Of a DNA stretch of 64,000 nucleotides, positions 23,398 through 35,440 are shown one piece after another. The stretch spans positions 100,204 through 164,203 of the forward strand of contig CAZXLF010000003.1 in the NCBI GenBank assembly GCA_964642015.1. Direction: 5' to 3'. Every line of letters starts with the position of its first letter. Within the stretch, counting starts at the first letter, position 1. The translations under genes and the position numbers were made by a program. Under the pieces are notes generated by a model. It searched no databases and was not told the origin of the DNA. It worked only from the letters and a program-made list of their open reading frames with translations. Origin of the DNA: an uncultured Planctomycetia bacterium. GTDB taxonomy: Bacteria; Omnitrophota; Gorgyraeia; 2-02-FULL-51-18.

Positions 23398-23473
23398 CGG
23401 GGTGTGGCTCAGCTTGGTCTAGAGCGCTTGCTTGGGGTGCAAGAGATCGGTGGTTCGAATCCACTCACCCCGA
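23398..23473 (+). tRNA. tRNA-Pro (anticodon GGG)
   Basis: Hand-folded. Acceptor stem CGGGGTG/CACCCCG, anticodon stem CTTGC/GCAAG with loop TTGGGGT (anticodon GGG), T-loop GGTTCGAATCC, discriminator A. Confidence 0.85.
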
Positions 23474-23495
23474 AAATAATTCAAAAGAGCTATTT

Positions 23496-24797
23496 ATGAA
23501 AAAAAATGCAGCAACGATCAATATCGGGTTGGTTGGCTTAGGGACTGTCGGGACCGGTGTTGTGAAAGTCTTGCGTTCTGAGGCTAAAGCGATCGAGGCA
23601 AGGACCGGACTCCGCTTGGTTCTAAAAAAGATCTGTGTGAAGAGCGTTTCAAAAAAGCGGGCAGTTCAGGTTCACCGTCATTTGCTGACAACAAATCCGA
23701 ACGATTTGATCAACGATCCGCATATCCATATTTTGGTCGAATTAATCGGCGGCATCCATCCGGCCAAAGATATTATTTTCAAAGCGCTGTCAAACGGCAA
23801 ACAGGTAGTGACGGCAAATAAAGCCCTTTTGGCTGAAAAAGGCGAGGAGATCTTTTCTTATGCCGCTAAGCGTTCGCGTTATATTGGCTTTGAAGCAAGC
23901 GTTTGTGGCGGCATTCCGGTCATACAGTCCATCAAAGACGGTTTAGTTTCCAATAACATTTCAAATATTTTAGGCATTGTGAATGGTACCTGCAATTTCA
24001 TATTGTCCTCGATGTCAGAAGGTTCTCAGGATTTCAAAGAAGCGCTAAAGAAAGCTCAAACCAAAGGTTTTGCTGAAAAAAATCCCGCTCTCGATGTTGA
24101 TGGGACAGACTCCGCACACAAACTGGCTATATTGTCTCGATTGGCTTTCGGTAGCCGCGTCAATTTTAAGTCTATCTCGATCGAAGGGATCAGGAATATT
24201 TCAGAAACAGACATTATCTACGCCAAAGAACTTGGTTATGTGATAAAACTCTTGGCGGTGGCTAAAAAATTAAAGAACGGGATCGAATTGCGCGTTCACC
24301 CAACGCTATTACCCTTTAACCATCCTTTGTCAAATGTCCGGGGAGTTTATAATGCCGTTTTCATTCAAGGTGATCAAGTAGGCGACCTTCTTTTATACGG
24401 AAGAGGTGCCGGGATGTTTCCGACGGCATCCGCGGTTTTAAGCGATTTGGTTGATATCGCAAAAAAAATATCAGATCACGATAATCTGAAGGCCAAAGCT
24501 ACCGTTTCTTTGCGCGAAACAAAGATCCTTCCGATCGATGATATTGTCTCAAGATATTATTTGAGATTCCAGGTTGCTGATAAACCCGGCGTATTGGGGC
24601 GGATCGCATCGGCTTTAGGCAAAAACAATATCTCGATCTTGAGTGTCCACCAAAAAGAATCGCATAGCGCAAAATTGGTCCCGGTGATCATTTTGACATA
24701 TGAAGCACGGGAGTCGGATCTCAAAAAAGCTCTTAAAGTGATCGACTCGAGCCGCGATATTAGCAGAAAAACCATCGTGTTCAGGGTGGAAAAATGA
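23496..24797 (+). CDS. hom: Homoserine dehydrogenase (with C-terminal ACT domain)
   Basis: 433 aa, [11 protein letters not shown]...a C-terminal ACT-like region. Confidence 0.92.
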   Translation: MKKNAATINIGLVGLGTVGTGVVKVLRSEAKAIEARTGLRLVLKKICVKSVSKKRAVQVHRHLLTTNPNDLINDPHIHILVELIGGIHPAKDIIFKALSNGKQVVTANKALLAEKGEEIFSYAAKRSRYIGFEASVCGGIPVIQSIKDGLVSNNISNILGIVNGTCNFILSSMSEGSQDFKEALKKAQTKGFAEKNPALDVDGTDSAHKLAILSRLAFGSRVNFKSISIEGIRNISETDIIYAKELGYVIKLLAVAKKLKNGIELRVHPTLLPFNHPLSNVRGVYNAVFIQGDQVGDLLLYGRGAGMFPTASAVLSDLVDIAKKISDHDNLKAKATVSLRETKILPIDDIVSRYYLRFQVADKPGVLGRIASALGKNNISILSVHQKESHSAKLVPVIILTYEARESDLKKALKVIDSSRDISRKTIVFRVEK

Positions 24798-25861
24798 TCT
24801 GGAAAGGGGTGATCGACCGATATAGAGAGTATTTGCCGGTTACAAATTCTACACCGATCGTGACGCTGAACGAAGGGAACACGCCTCTCATCTATTCCCG
24901 TTCTTTATCAGACCTTTTGTCCGCGTCGGTTTTTCTGAAATACGAAGGCCTTAATCCGACGGGATCTTTCAAAGACCGCGGAATGACTTTAGCGCTGTCA
25001 AAAGCGGTGGAGGCGGGTTCCAAGATGGTTGTTTGCGCATCAACAGGGAACACCTCGGCATCTGCGGCTGCTTATGCGGCAAGAGCCGGTATCAAAAGCG
25101 TGGTGCTGATCCCGAAGGGTGCGATCGCGCTGGGAAAATTAAGCCAGGCGCTGATCCACAATGCTCAAGTGATCCCGATTGACGGAAATTTTGACAAAGC
25201 GCTTCAAATGGTGAAGGAGTTAGTAGAGAAGAAACCGGTAACGCTTGTTAATTCTTTGAATCCATTCCGGCTTGAAGGACAAAAAACGGGCGCTTTTGAG
25301 ATTTGCGATCAGTTGGGTGGACAAGCTCCGGATTTTCACGCGATCCCGGTGGGCAATGCCGGAAACATCACGGCTTATTGGAAAGGTTACAAAGAATATT
25401 TTGACAAAAAAATCGTCAATTCAAAACCTATCATGCTCGGTTTTCAGGCAGAGGGCGCTGCGCCGATCGTCAAAAACAAGGTCATAGCAAATCCAAAAAC
25501 TGTGGCGACGGCGATCAGAATAGGTAATCCGGCAAGCTGGAAAATGGCCGTGGCGGCCAGAGACGAGTCTAGAGGCGTTATTGATACAGTGACGGACAAG
25601 GAAATACTTGCCGCGTACAAATTGTTAGCGGCCAAAGAAGGTGTATTTGTCGAACCGGCGAGTGCTGCCAGCGTGGCGGGTATATTGAAACTGAACAAAA
25701 ATAAATATTTTGAGAAAAATAAACGCAATAAAAAAGCGGTGGTCGTGTGCGTGCTTACCGGACACGGCTTAAAAGATCCTGATTGCGCGCTGCGGGAGAT
25801 AAAAAAACCAAAAACAGTTCCGGCTCGCTTTGAATCATTGTCGAGGGTTATTAAAATATGA
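24794..25861 (+). CDS. thrC: Threonine synthase
   Basis: 355 aa, [13 protein letters not shown]-lysine motif. It overlaps hom by ATGA. Confidence 0.92.
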   Translation: MIWKGVIDRYREYLPVTNSTPIVTLNEGNTPLIYSRSLSDLLSASVFLKYEGLNPTGSFKDRGMTLALSKAVEAGSKMVVCASTGNTSASAAAYAARAGIKSVVLIPKGAIALGKLSQALIHNAQVIPIDGNFDKALQMVKELVEKKPVTLVNSLNPFRLEGQKTGAFEICDQLGGQAPDFHAIPVGNAGNITAYWKGYKEYFDKKIVNSKPIMLGFQAEGAAPIVKNKVIANPKTVATAIRIGNPASWKMAVAARDESRGVIDTVTDKEILAAYKLLAAKEGVFVEPASAASVAGILKLNKNKYFEKNKRNKKAVVVCVLTGHGLKDPDCALREIKKPKTVPARFESLSRVIKI

Positions 25862-26997
25862 AATACGTGCTGTTGGTTTGCGAAGGGATCTCTGATGAGC
25901 CGTTGGAAGAGCTGACGGGGCGGACACCGCTTGAAGTTGCCAAAACGCCGAATATGGATTTGCTGGCGAAACAGGGCGCTTCAGCTCAAGCATTATTTAC
26001 GCCGGGAGCATTGCCCCCGAGCGGCGATGTAGCGGCGATGTCTTTATTGGGATTCGATCCAGAGGAATTCTATACGGGCATTGCCCCTTTGGAAGCGATC
26101 GCGATGGGAATACCGCAATTAGACCATGCGATCGCGTTTAGATGCAATCTCGTAAGCGTGCTTGACGAGACCTTGATCGATGCGTACTCAGGGAACATTT
26201 CATTGACCGAATCTGTGATTCTAATAAAAGCGCTTAACCAAAAGCTTTCCGATAACCGGATTAAATTTTATACGGGAGCTGGATTTAGAAACCTTTTACT
26301 TTTCAATGATGCCGAACTTTCGGAAAGCTTGGACGAGCTAGAATGTGCGTCTCCGCGAACCGCGATCGGGCAGAGGGTCTCAAAAAGTTTTCCTAAAGGC
26401 CATGGCGCATCGGCTGTGATAGACCTGATGAATGCATCCAAGGAAATATTGGATAATCACGAGATCAATAAAGTGCGGATCGATCTTGGCGAGAATCCGG
26501 CAAATATGATCTGGTTATGGGGGCAAGGCAAAAAACCCAAAATATCCAGTTTCAAACAACGCTACAATCTGGACGGTTCTGCATGGTCCAAGACAACGGC
26601 GATCCAAGGTCTTGCGCAGGCCTTAGGTTTTCATAAAGCAGAAAATGCGGTATTAGCTGTCAAAGAAGAGGATTTTGTTTTTGTCTATCACGGATTAGCG
26701 GAAGAAAAAAAGATCGATCTGACATCAAAGATCAAACACATAGAAGAATTTGACGCATCGGTGCTGGGCCCAGTCTTAGATCAACTGAAGAGCGGCACTT
26801 TTCGCATTTGTGTCGCCGGAGATTATCCGATGCTATTATCAAAAAAGATTCCCATGCACGGCCAAGTCCCGGTTTTATTCTCCGGAAACGGCATTGCATC
26901 TGACGGTTCTGCGGTTTTTAATGAAAAAACTTGTCTCGAAAGCAAGCTTATTTTCAATCACGGTCATAAACTGATGGAATATTTTTTGAAATCATAA
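25858..26997 (+). CDS. Cofactor-independent phosphoglycerate mutase family protein (archaeal ApgM type); candidate non-orthologous homoserine kinase
   Basis: 379 aa, [15 protein letters not shown]...TPNMD, metalloenzyme (alkaline-phosphatase-like) superfamily. It is translationally coupled (ATGA) to thrC in a hom-thrC-X-lysC operon that lacks a GHMP-type thrB. Confidence 0.8.
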   Translation: MKYVLLVCEGISDEPLEELTGRTPLEVAKTPNMDLLAKQGASAQALFTPGALPPSGDVAAMSLLGFDPEEFYTGIAPLEAIAMGIPQLDHAIAFRCNLVSVLDETLIDAYSGNISLTESVILIKALNQKLSDNRIKFYTGAGFRNLLLFNDAELSESLDELECASPRTAIGQRVSKSFPKGHGASAVIDLMNASKEILDNHEINKVRIDLGENPANMIWLWGQGKKPKISSFKQRYNLDGSAWSKTTAIQGLAQALGFHKAENAVLAVKEEDFVFVYHGLAEEKKIDLTSKIKHIEEFDASVLGPVLDQLKSGTFRICVAGDYPMLLSKKIPMHGQVPVLFSGNGIASDGSAVFNEKTCLESKLIFNHGHKLMEYFLKS

Positions 26998-27028
26998 TCA
27001 TTTTTATCCCAAGCAGGAAAAATAGATC

Positions 27029-28246
27029 ATGAGTCTTATCGTTCAGAAGTATGGCGGTTCAAGCGTTGCAAATCCCGATCGCATCAAGAAGGTGGCTGAC
27101 AGGGTCTTTCGATATAAAAAAAAAGGTCATTCATTAGTGGTGGTCGTCAGCGCGCTGGGAGACACCACGGACGAGCTTCTGACGCTTTCCGATCAGATCA
27201 CAAAGAACCCTTCAAGGCGCGAGCTGGACATGCTGATGTCCACAGGCGAACAGATATCGGTAGCGCTGCTTGCGATGGCGCTTCATGAATTAAAGTGCCC
27301 GGCGATCTCGTTCACCGGAGGGCAAGTCGGCATTAAAACGGATTCGGCTTATACGCGCGCCAGGATTTTAGATATCAGCACCCAAAAGATCCAAAAAGAA
27401 CTTAAGGAAAAAAAAGTAGTGATCGTTGCCGGATTTCAGGGAATAAACCTTGAACAGGAGATCACGACGCTCGGAAGAGGCGGGAGTGACCTAACCGCCG
27501 TGGCTTTGGCAAAAGCGTTGTCGGCGGATGCTTGTGAAATTTATACGGACGTCGAAGGAATATTTACGACGGATCCAAGACTTGTTTCTGACGCAAAAAA
27601 GATCGCTAGGATCAGTTATGAGGAGATGTTGGAGCTCGCAGCTTCAGGCGCTCAAGTCATGCAATCGCGTTCGATCGAGGTGGCCGGAAAATACGACATA
27701 CCCATTCATGTGAGAAGCAGTTTTTCAAATAACGAAGGTACGTGGATCGTGAAGGAGGATCGTTCGATGGAAGATGTTTTGATTCGAGGAGTATCATTGA
27801 GCAAGAATGAGGCCAAATTAACACTGAGCGGCGTCCCAAATCGCCCGGGCATCGCGGCCGGGATCTTCAGGACGCTTGCCGATAAAGGTATCAATGTTGA
27901 TATGATCATTCAGAATATCGGTAAGTCAACCGATACGGATATCACATTCACAGTGCCCAAACAAGATATCGATCACGCCGTCAACTCTCTAAAAGCATTA
28001 GCTAAAAAAGTGGGCATCAAGGGAATATCACAGGATACCAAAATAGCCAAGATATCCGTTGTAGGCATCGGAATGAGGAGTCATGCTGGTGTCGCGGCGG
28101 CCATGTTCGAAGCATTGGGGAAAAACAAGATCAATATCGAAATGATCTCAACGAGCGAGATCAAGATCTCATGCGTGGTAAAAAAAACTTTTGCTGAAAA
28201 AGCAGTGAAGGTCTTGCATGATCATTTCAAACTCGGAAAAAAGTAA
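27029..28246 (+). CDS. lysC: Aspartate kinase
   Basis: 405 aa, LIVQKYGGSSV...KVVIVAGFQG, two C-terminal ACT domains. Confidence 0.93.
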   Translation: MSLIVQKYGGSSVANPDRIKKVADRVFRYKKKGHSLVVVVSALGDTTDELLTLSDQITKNPSRRELDMLMSTGEQISVALLAMALHELKCPAISFTGGQVGIKTDSAYTRARILDISTQKIQKELKEKKVVIVAGFQGINLEQEITTLGRGGSDLTAVALAKALSADACEIYTDVEGIFTTDPRLVSDAKKIARISYEEMLELAASGAQVMQSRSIEVAGKYDIPIHVRSSFSNNEGTWIVKEDRSMEDVLIRGVSLSKNEAKLTLSGVPNRPGIAAGIFRTLADKGINVDMIIQNIGKSTDTDITFTVPKQDIDHAVNSLKALAKKVGIKGISQDTKIAKISVVGIGMRSHAGVAAAMFEALGKNKINIEMISTSEIKISCVVKKTFAEKAVKVLHDHFKLGKK

Positions 28247-29830
28247 ATGTCACTAAGAAAAATAGAATTATACGACACGACACTGAGAGATGGTTCTCAG
28301 GGAGAGGGAATTTCATTTTCTGTTCAAGACAAGCTCTTGATCGCGAAAAAGATCGATGAGATCGGATTTCACTACATTGAAGGTGGTTGGCCCGGGGCTA
28401 ATCCGAAAGATATTGCTTTTTTTGAAGAAATAAAAAAGGTCAGACTCAAGAATTCTCAGGTTGTTGCCTTCGGTTCTACCCGCAAAGCCCATTCAAAAGC
28501 CGCAGAAGATGAAAATTTGAGAGGGCTTCTTGCGGCCGAAACAGAGGTCATTACCATCTTCGGAAAAAGCTGGGATCTTCATGTAAAAGAAGTCTTTAAA
28601 ACCGATCTTGAAGAAAATATCCAGATGATCCACGATTCTGTGAAATATCTCAAATCTAAAGGTAAAAAAGTGGTGTATGATGCCGAGCATTTTTTTGACG
28701 GATACATTCACAACCCTTCTTATGCTTTAAAAACGCTGCGTACGGCTTTGGAAGCCGGCGCTTCGGTGCTTGTACTTTGCGACACGAACGGCGGGAGTTT
28801 ACCTTCTAAAGTATCTAAGATCGTATCGGAGGTCCATTCACAGATCCAATTTCCTCTTGGGATCCATACGCACAATGATTCAGGTGTTGCCGTTGCAAAC
28901 GCTATCGCCGCCGTTGAAGCCGGCTGCCAGCACGTGCAGGGAACAATTAATGGTTATGGCGAACGCTGCGGAAACCCGGATCTCACGACGATTACCGCCG
29001 ATCTCCAGTTGAAACTCGGTTTTTCTTGTCTGCCTGCGGCAAAATTAAAAGAATTGACCGAATTGACCCGCTTCGTTGCGGAGATCAGCAACATGGTTCA
29101 GGCAAAAAATCAGCCGTATTTTGGCCAAAGCGCCTTTGCTCATAAAGGCGGGGTCCATATCAATGCGGTCATGAAAAACCCGGAAACTTACGAACACATC
29201 GATCCGGCACTCGTGGGTAATCACCGGCGCTTTCTTGTTTCGGAACTCGGAGGCAAAACCAACGTGATGCTGAAAGCCAAGGAGCTTGATATTGAATTAA
29301 AAAAAGAATCTCCTGAAACAAGAAAGATTCTGCAAAAAGTCCAGGAAAGAGAAAATGAAGGCTATCAATACGAAGCTGCGGAGGCTAGCTTTGAGCTTCT
29401 GATCCGCGAGGTGACCGGCAAACGTAAAAAATTCTTTGAGTTCAAAAAAGTTGAAGTTCTGGCGGAAAACATCGGTGATAAGGACACAACCTCTACAGCG
29501 AAGGTGGTGCTATCCGTTAATTCCAAAGAAGGTCGGCGGGAAGAGGGCAAAGGGGAGGCTAAAGGCGATGGCCCTGTGAATGCGCTCGATAATGCATTAA
29601 AAAAAGCTTTGGCTCCTTTTTTCCCACAGGTGTTGGAAATCCATTTGGATGATTATAAGGTACGCGTGGTCAATTCAGAAGCCGGTACGGCGGCCAAGGT
29701 GCGCGTTTTCATCGAAACGCGCGACGAAAAGAACATCTGGACAACCGTCGGAGTTTCTACCAATATTATCGACGCCAGCTGGAAAGCGTTGGTTGACGCG
29801 ATCGAATACAAATTGTTGAAATCCAAATGA
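28247..29830 (+). CDS. cimA: Citramalate synthase / 2-isopropylmalate synthase family (CimA-like, with LeuA-dimer regulatory domain)
   Basis: 527 aa, LYDTTLRDGSQGEGISF, HTHNDSGVAVAN. Its position in an Asp/Thr operon suggests the pyruvate route to 2-oxobutanoate. Confidence 0.78.
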   Translation: MSLRKIELYDTTLRDGSQGEGISFSVQDKLLIAKKIDEIGFHYIEGGWPGANPKDIAFFEEIKKVRLKNSQVVAFGSTRKAHSKAAEDENLRGLLAAETEVITIFGKSWDLHVKEVFKTDLEENIQMIHDSVKYLKSKGKKVVYDAEHFFDGYIHNPSYALKTLRTALEAGASVLVLCDTNGGSLPSKVSKIVSEVHSQIQFPLGIHTHNDSGVAVANAIAAVEAGCQHVQGTINGYGERCGNPDLTTITADLQLKLGFSCLPAAKLKELTELTRFVAEISNMVQAKNQPYFGQSAFAHKGGVHINAVMKNPETYEHIDPALVGNHRRFLVSELGGKTNVMLKAKELDIELKKESPETRKILQKVQERENEGYQYEAAEASFELLIREVTGKRKKFFEFKKVEVLAENIGDKDTTSTAKVVLSVNSKEGRREEGKGEAKGDGPVNALDNALKKALAPFFPQVLEIHLDDYKVRVVNSEAGTAAKVRVFIETRDEKNIWTTVGVSTNIIDASWKALVDAIEYKLLKSK

Positions 29831-32535
29831 CAACCCCAAAAGAAGAGCTCTCAAAAGTATACAATCCCAAACTTGTGGAAAAGTCATGGTACCAGACGTG
29901 GCTCAAAAAAGGCTATTTCAAGGCCTCTTCCAAATCCAAAAAGAAGCCCTACACGATCATGATTCCTCCGCCGAACGTGACCGGCATTCTGCACATGGGC
30001 CACGCACTCAACAACACTTTGCAAGATATCCTGATCCGGTACAAAAGAATGAGCGGTTTTGAAACGCTCTGGATGCCCGGGACAGATCATGCGGGTATCG
30101 CGACACAGAACGTTGTCGAAAAATCTTTAAGAGAAGAGGGAATTTCGCGTCACGCTCTTGGACGAGAAAAATTTTTGGAGCGCGTCTGGAAGTGGCGTGA
30201 AAAATACGGTAACACGATCATTAATCAGCTTAAACGGCTTGGCGCTTCTTGCGATTGGGACAGGACCCGCTTCACGATGGACGAAGGACTCTCGACGGCT
30301 GTTAGGGAAGTCTTTGTTAGACTACATGAAAAAGGGCTCATTTACCGGGGTAAATACATCATTAACTGGTGTCCACGCTGCCAAACCGCGTTGTCCGATG
30401 AAGAGGTCCAGCACAAAGATATTACAGGGCATCTTTATTATTTAAAATACTCGATCGAAGGAAGCGATCAGCATTTTGTGATCGCGACCACGCGTCCCGA
30501 GACGATGTTGGGGGATACCGCTGTTGGTTATAATCCTACGGATGAACGTTATCAGCATCTCGAAGGAAAAACGGCGGTCCTTCCGCTTTTGAATCGGCGT
30601 CTTAAGATCATCAAAGATAGTTCTATTGACCCCAAGTTCGGAACAGGTGCTCTCAAAATAACCCCCGCTCACGATCCTGTCGATTTTAATCTTGCGCAGA
30701 AACATAATCTCGAATTCATCAACATCTTAAATCCTGACGGATCGCTGAACGCGCAAGCAGGCCCTTATCAAGGCCTTGATCGTTTTGAGGCCAGAAGAAA
30801 AATAATTGCCGAACTCGAAGATCGTCGTATCCTTTTAGAGACCAAAGAGCATGTTCACGCGGTCGGGCATTGTTACCGCTGCCAGACCATTATCGAGCCC
30901 TATTTTTCTTCACAGTGGTTCGTGCATATGAAACCCATTGCGCGTCCGGCAATCGCTGTGGTCAAAGACGGTAAAACAGCGTTTACTCCAAAGCGATGGA
31001 CAAAGGTTTATCTGGATTGGATGACTAACATTAAAGATTGGTGCGTTTCGCGCCAGATCTGGTGGGGCCATCGGATCCCTGTGTGGTATTGTTCACAATG
31101 CCGTGCGAACGTAAATTCAAATGATGAGGTCTATAAAAAATTCGAATACACAGGAGAAATTTACCGCGAACCCGGCATGATCGTCTCGCGGCAGGCGCCG
31201 AGGAAATGCGATGTCTGTGGGAACGCCGACCTGATACAGGACCCTGATGTTCTGGATACCTGGTTTTCTTCTTGGCTCTGGCCTTTTTCCACGTTGGGTT
31301 GGCCGGAAAAGAACAAAGACCTCAATTTCTTTTATCCGACATCCTGCTTGGTCACCGGTTACGAGATCATCTTTTTCTGGGTAGCGCGAATGATCATGTC
31401 CGGTCTTGAGTTCATGGGCAAAGAACCATTCAAGCAGATTTATATCCATGGTATTGTGCGTGATGAAACCGGCGCCAAGATGTCCAAATCTTTGGGTAAC
31501 GCTATGGATCCAATCCACATCATCGACGAATTCGGAGCTGATGCGCTGAGATTCGCGATGATCTCGATAACCTCAGAAGGACAGGATGTTTTTGCTTCTA
31601 AGGAAAAACTCGAAGTTGGACGAAATTTTTCTAATAAGATATGGAATGCCGCCCGATTTGCGTTGATGAATATCGATCTTAAACCCGCAGATCTTAAAAA
31701 AGTACCCAAACTCTCATCGCTTAATCCTATTGACCGATGGATATTAAGCCGGCTCCACCAAACGGTTATCCAAGTCACAAATAGCCTGGATGGATTGCGC
31801 TTCAATGAAGCAGCGACGACTTTGTATGATTTTTTCTGGCATCAATTTTGTGATTGGTATCTTGAATTGGCAAAACCCAATATTAAATCCAAAGAAACGC
31901 AGTGGACCTTGTCGATCGTATTGGATGTATCACTTAAACTCCTTCATCCTTTTATGCCTTTTATTACGGAAGAGATCTGGCAAAAGATCCCGCACACGGG
32001 CGAATCGATCATGATCAGCCCATGGCCTAAGAGCAATTCCAAGTGGATAGACAAAAAGACTGAAGCGGAAGTCGGACTCATTATCAGCGAGATTCAGGCG
32101 ATCCGCAATGTCAGGTCAGCATGGCAGATCAATCCCAAAGAATCCGTGACAGTGGCTGTAAAAACTGCGCGGGATAAAGAGATGCAGATTTTAAAAAAAT
32201 ATTCGTCCTATATTGCTCAAATGGCAAAGATATCTTCATTGCAAATCGGTAAAAATATCACTCGCCCGAAAGAATCTGCGGTTGCGAACATCGGCCGTGT
32301 AGAAACATATGTTGTTCTCACCGGGCTCATCGATATTCAAATGGAACGCCAACGCATTGAATCCGCTTTAAGTGATGTAGAGAAAATGATGCGGGGCCTC
32401 GAAGGACGCCTGCAAAATGCCGATTTCATCAACAAAGCCCCAAAAGACATCGTTGAAAAAGAAAAGCGAAAAGCCGAAGAATTGGAGAACCGTAAAAAGC
32501 GTTTGGAAGAGAATCTGAAAACGCTTAGCGAGTGA
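29827..32535 (+). CDS. valS: Valyl-tRNA synthetase
   Basis: 902 aa, PPPNVTGILHMGHA (HIGH), KMSKS, C-terminal coiled coil. Confidence 0.95.
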   Translation: MTTPKEELSKVYNPKLVEKSWYQTWLKKGYFKASSKSKKKPYTIMIPPPNVTGILHMGHALNNTLQDILIRYKRMSGFETLWMPGTDHAGIATQNVVEKSLREEGISRHALGREKFLERVWKWREKYGNTIINQLKRLGASCDWDRTRFTMDEGLSTAVREVFVRLHEKGLIYRGKYIINWCPRCQTALSDEEVQHKDITGHLYYLKYSIEGSDQHFVIATTRPETMLGDTAVGYNPTDERYQHLEGKTAVLPLLNRRLKIIKDSSIDPKFGTGALKITPAHDPVDFNLAQKHNLEFINILNPDGSLNAQAGPYQGLDRFEARRKIIAELEDRRILLETKEHVHAVGHCYRCQTIIEPYFSSQWFVHMKPIARPAIAVVKDGKTAFTPKRWTKVYLDWMTNIKDWCVSRQIWWGHRIPVWYCSQCRANVNSNDEVYKKFEYTGEIYREPGMIVSRQAPRKCDVCGNADLIQDPDVLDTWFSSWLWPFSTLGWPEKNKDLNFFYPTSCLVTGYEIIFFWVARMIMSGLEFMGKEPFKQIYIHGIVRDETGAKMSKSLGNAMDPIHIIDEFGADALRFAMISITSEGQDVFASKEKLEVGRNFSNKIWNAARFALMNIDLKPADLKKVPKLSSLNPIDRWILSRLHQTVIQVTNSLDGLRFNEAATTLYDFFWHQFCDWYLELAKPNIKSKETQWTLSIVLDVSLKLLHPFMPFITEEIWQKIPHTGESIMISPWPKSNSKWIDKKTEAEVGLIISEIQAIRNVRSAWQINPKESVTVAVKTARDKEMQILKKYSSYIAQMAKISSLQIGKNITRPKESAVANIGRVETYVVLTGLIDIQMERQRIESALSDVEKMMRGLEGRLQNADFINKAPKDIVEKEKRKAEELENRKKRLEENLKTLSE

Positions 32536-32557
32536 TCGCTTCTAAGATCTTTCCACC

Positions 32558-33412
32558 ATGCTGAAAACATCCCTCATTGATCCATTGGTCAAAATAGCCC
32601 TTAAGGAAGATGTCGGATCAAAGGACATCACGACTTCAGCGCTTATACCGCGAAATCTGCACATAAAAGCCGATATAGAATTCAAGCAAAGCGGCGTTGT
32701 TTGCGGCATTGAACTCGCCGAAAGAGTGTTCCGACTGGTCGATGAAAATTTGCGTTTTCTGCCCGTCGCAAAAGATGGGGAATGGGCTGAAAAAGGCCGC
32801 GAAGTAGCCTATATCGAGGGTCTGGGATCTTCTATTTTGATCGCAGAACGGACAGCCCTTAATTTCATCAGCCACCTTTCGGGTATTGCGACGAAAACAA
32901 AAGAATTTGTCGATAAAGTCAAAGGTATCGAAACGAGGATCATGGATACAAGAAAAACCACACCGGGGCTTAGGATCTTCGAAAAATATGCGGTAGCCAC
33001 CGGCGGAGGAGTCAATCATCGATTCGGGCTTTATGACCAAGTGTTGATCAAGGATAACCATTTGAGGATATTGAGAGATGAGCCTTTGATCAATATCGTC
33101 ACGCGAGCCAAACAGTCCGTCCTAAAAAAAACGGTCATTGGCATCGAGGTTAAAAATTTGATGGAGCTTAAAGAAGCGCTCAAAAGCAAAACCGATTATG
33201 TTTTGCTCGATAATATGAGCGTTGATATGGTCCGCGAAGCCGTCGCACACAAAAAAAAGATCGGCAGTAAAATAGAGCTTGAGGTATCCGGTGGAATCAA
33301 TCTCAATAATGTGCGCGAGTATGCCGAGACGGGCGTGGAGCGCATCTCGATCGGCGCGCTAACACACGCAGCGCCATCCATCGATGTTGCGCTCGATATC
33401 GTAGGAACATGA
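32558..33412 (+). CDS. nadC: Nicotinate-nucleotide pyrophosphorylase (quinolinate phosphoribosyltransferase)
   Basis: 284 aa, ALKEDVGSKDITT...LLDNM. Confidence 0.9.
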   Translation: MLKTSLIDPLVKIALKEDVGSKDITTSALIPRNLHIKADIEFKQSGVVCGIELAERVFRLVDENLRFLPVAKDGEWAEKGREVAYIEGLGSSILIAERTALNFISHLSGIATKTKEFVDKVKGIETRIMDTRKTTPGLRIFEKYAVATGGGVNHRFGLYDQVLIKDNHLRILRDEPLINIVTRAKQSVLKKTVIGIEVKNLMELKEALKSKTDYVLLDNMSVDMVREAVAHKKKIGSKIELEVSGGINLNNVREYAETGVERISIGALTHAAPSIDVALDIVGT

Positions 33413-35440
33413 ATGAATTTCAAAATCAAAAGCGCCTTCTCTCCGAAAGGGGACCAGCCTCAGGCGATTGAAAAACTGGTTTCCGGTATACGTCAAAACC
33501 AACGCTATCAAACGCTGCTCGGCGTGACCGGAAGCGGAAAAACTTTTACGATCGCGAATGTCATCGCGGCACTCAACCGGCCTACGCTCGTTATATCACA
33601 CAACAAAACGCTCGCCGCCCAGCTCTACAGTGAATTTAAAGAATTTCTTCCTGACAACGCGGTCGAATATTTCGTCAGTTATTATGATTACTACCAGCCC
33701 GAAGCTTACGTCCCTCAAACGGACACCTATATTGAAAAGGATTCCTCGATTAATGAAGACATTGACCGTTTGCGCCTGCGGGCAACGAGCTCGTTATTAT
33801 CCAGGCGCGATTGTGTAATTGTTTCCTCCGTTTCCGCGATCTATGGCTTGGGATCTCCAGCCGAGTATTCCGAACTTTTAGTTTTTTTGAAATTGGGTGA
33901 TACGCTTTCACGCGAAGAGCTTCTGAAAAAACTGGTCGACATCCAATATCAGCGTAATGACATTGACTTTAAACGGACTACATTCCGCGTCAGAGGCGAT
34001 ATTGTTGAGGTGTTCCTTGCTTACGAGGAGACGGCTATCCGCATTGAATACGAATGGGATTCGATAAAGAAATTATCCAGGATCAATCCGTTGACCGGAG
34101 ACACGATCCACACGCTTGACTCGATCGCTATTTATCCAGCCAAACATTTTGTGACGACCCAACCGCGGCTGGAACGTGCTTTGATCGATATTGAAAATGA
34201 ACTGAACCAGAGGTTCAGGGAACTTAATTCCCAAAATAAGCTTGTGGAGGCCCAGCGTCTTGAGCAGCGCACACGCTATGATATGGAGATGATGCGAGAG
34301 CTTGGATTTTGTTCGGGAATAGAGAATTATTCAAGGATAATTACCGGCCGCGCGCCTGGCTCGAGACCCTATTGTCTTATCGATTATTTTCCGAAAGATT
34401 TTCTTACGGTTATCGATGAATCCCATATTTCAGTCCCTCAAATCCGAGGGATGTACTTCGGGGACCGCGCAAGAAAGGAAACACTTGTGGAGTACGGCTT
34501 CAGACTGCCTTCGGCGCTGGATAACCGGCCTTTGCGTTTCGAGGAGTTTGAAGAGATCACAGGCCAAACAGTATTTGTTTCAGCCACGCCTGCAGAGCAT
34601 GAAATAAAAAAATCGAGTCGCATCGTCGAGCAGATCATCCGCCCTACAGGGCTTTTGGACCCTTCGATTGAAATAAAGCCGACCAAAGGGCAAGTGGATG
34701 ATCTTTTGGAAGAGATCGAAAAGCGCGCTAAATTAAAACAAAGAATATTAGTATCAACGCTTACAAAGAAAATGGCCGAGGAATTGGCCAAATACTTGCA
34801 AGATATCGGCGTGCGTGTCAAATACATTCATTCCGAGATCGATGCGATCGAACGCGTGGAAATCTTAAGGGATCTGCGTTTAAACCAATTCGACTGTCTT
34901 GTAGGCATCAACCTCTTGAGAGAGGGCATTGATCTGCCGGAAGTATCGCTTGTAGCGGTGCTCGACGCCGATAAAGAAGGGTTTTTAAGAAGCCAGACCT
35001 CCCTGATCCAGATTGCGGGCCGCGCAGCGCGACATGTGGACGGTCATGTGATCCTTTATGCGGACACGGTAACTGAATCTATGAGAAAAATGATCATGGA
35101 GACCGAAAGACGTCGCAAAAAACAGAACGAATATAATTTAAAAAATAATATTACTCCCACTTCGATCAAAAAAGAGATCCGCGAAGGCATTGAAGCAATA
35201 AAGAAAGCGCGGGAGATCGTAAAAGAAGCCGCCGGACTTCCTGACGATGTCGGAGATGTATTCCAGGTCTTGAATGACCTTGAAGCCGAAATGGAAGAAG
35301 CGGCGAAGAATCTGCAGTTTGAACGCGCGATCGAACTGCGTGATCAGATAAAGGCGATACAAAAAAAGCTCGAGAAAGAGAAAATGCAAAAACCCGATAT
35401 TATTGAGAAGAAACAAAAAATAAAGAAAATGGCCAAATGA
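33413..35440 (+). CDS. uvrB: Excinuclease ABC subunit B
   Basis: 675 aa, [21 protein letters not shown]-terminal UVR domain [22 protein letters not shown]. Confidence 0.95.
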   Translation: MNFKIKSAFSPKGDQPQAIEKLVSGIRQNQRYQTLLGVTGSGKTFTIANVIAALNRPTLVISHNKTLAAQLYSEFKEFLPDNAVEYFVSYYDYYQPEAYVPQTDTYIEKDSSINEDIDRLRLRATSSLLSRRDCVIVSSVSAIYGLGSPAEYSELLVFLKLGDTLSREELLKKLVDIQYQRNDIDFKRTTFRVRGDIVEVFLAYEETAIRIEYEWDSIKKLSRINPLTGDTIHTLDSIAIYPAKHFVTTQPRLERALIDIENELNQRFRELNSQNKLVEAQRLEQRTRYDMEMMRELGFCSGIENYSRIITGRAPGSRPYCLIDYFPKDFLTVIDESHISVPQIRGMYFGDRARKETLVEYGFRLPSALDNRPLRFEEFEEITGQTVFVSATPAEHEIKKSSRIVEQIIRPTGLLDPSIEIKPTKGQVDDLLEEIEKRAKLKQRILVSTLTKKMAEELAKYLQDIGVRVKYIHSEIDAIERVEILRDLRLNQFDCLVGINLLREGIDLPEVSLVAVLDADKEGFLRSQTSLIQIAGRAARHVDGHVILYADTVTESMRKMIMETERRRKKQNEYNLKNNITPTSIKKEIREGIEAIKKAREIVKEAAGLPDDVGDVFQVLNDLEAEMEEAAKNLQFERAIELRDQIKAIQKKLEKEKMQKPDIIEKKQKIKKMAK

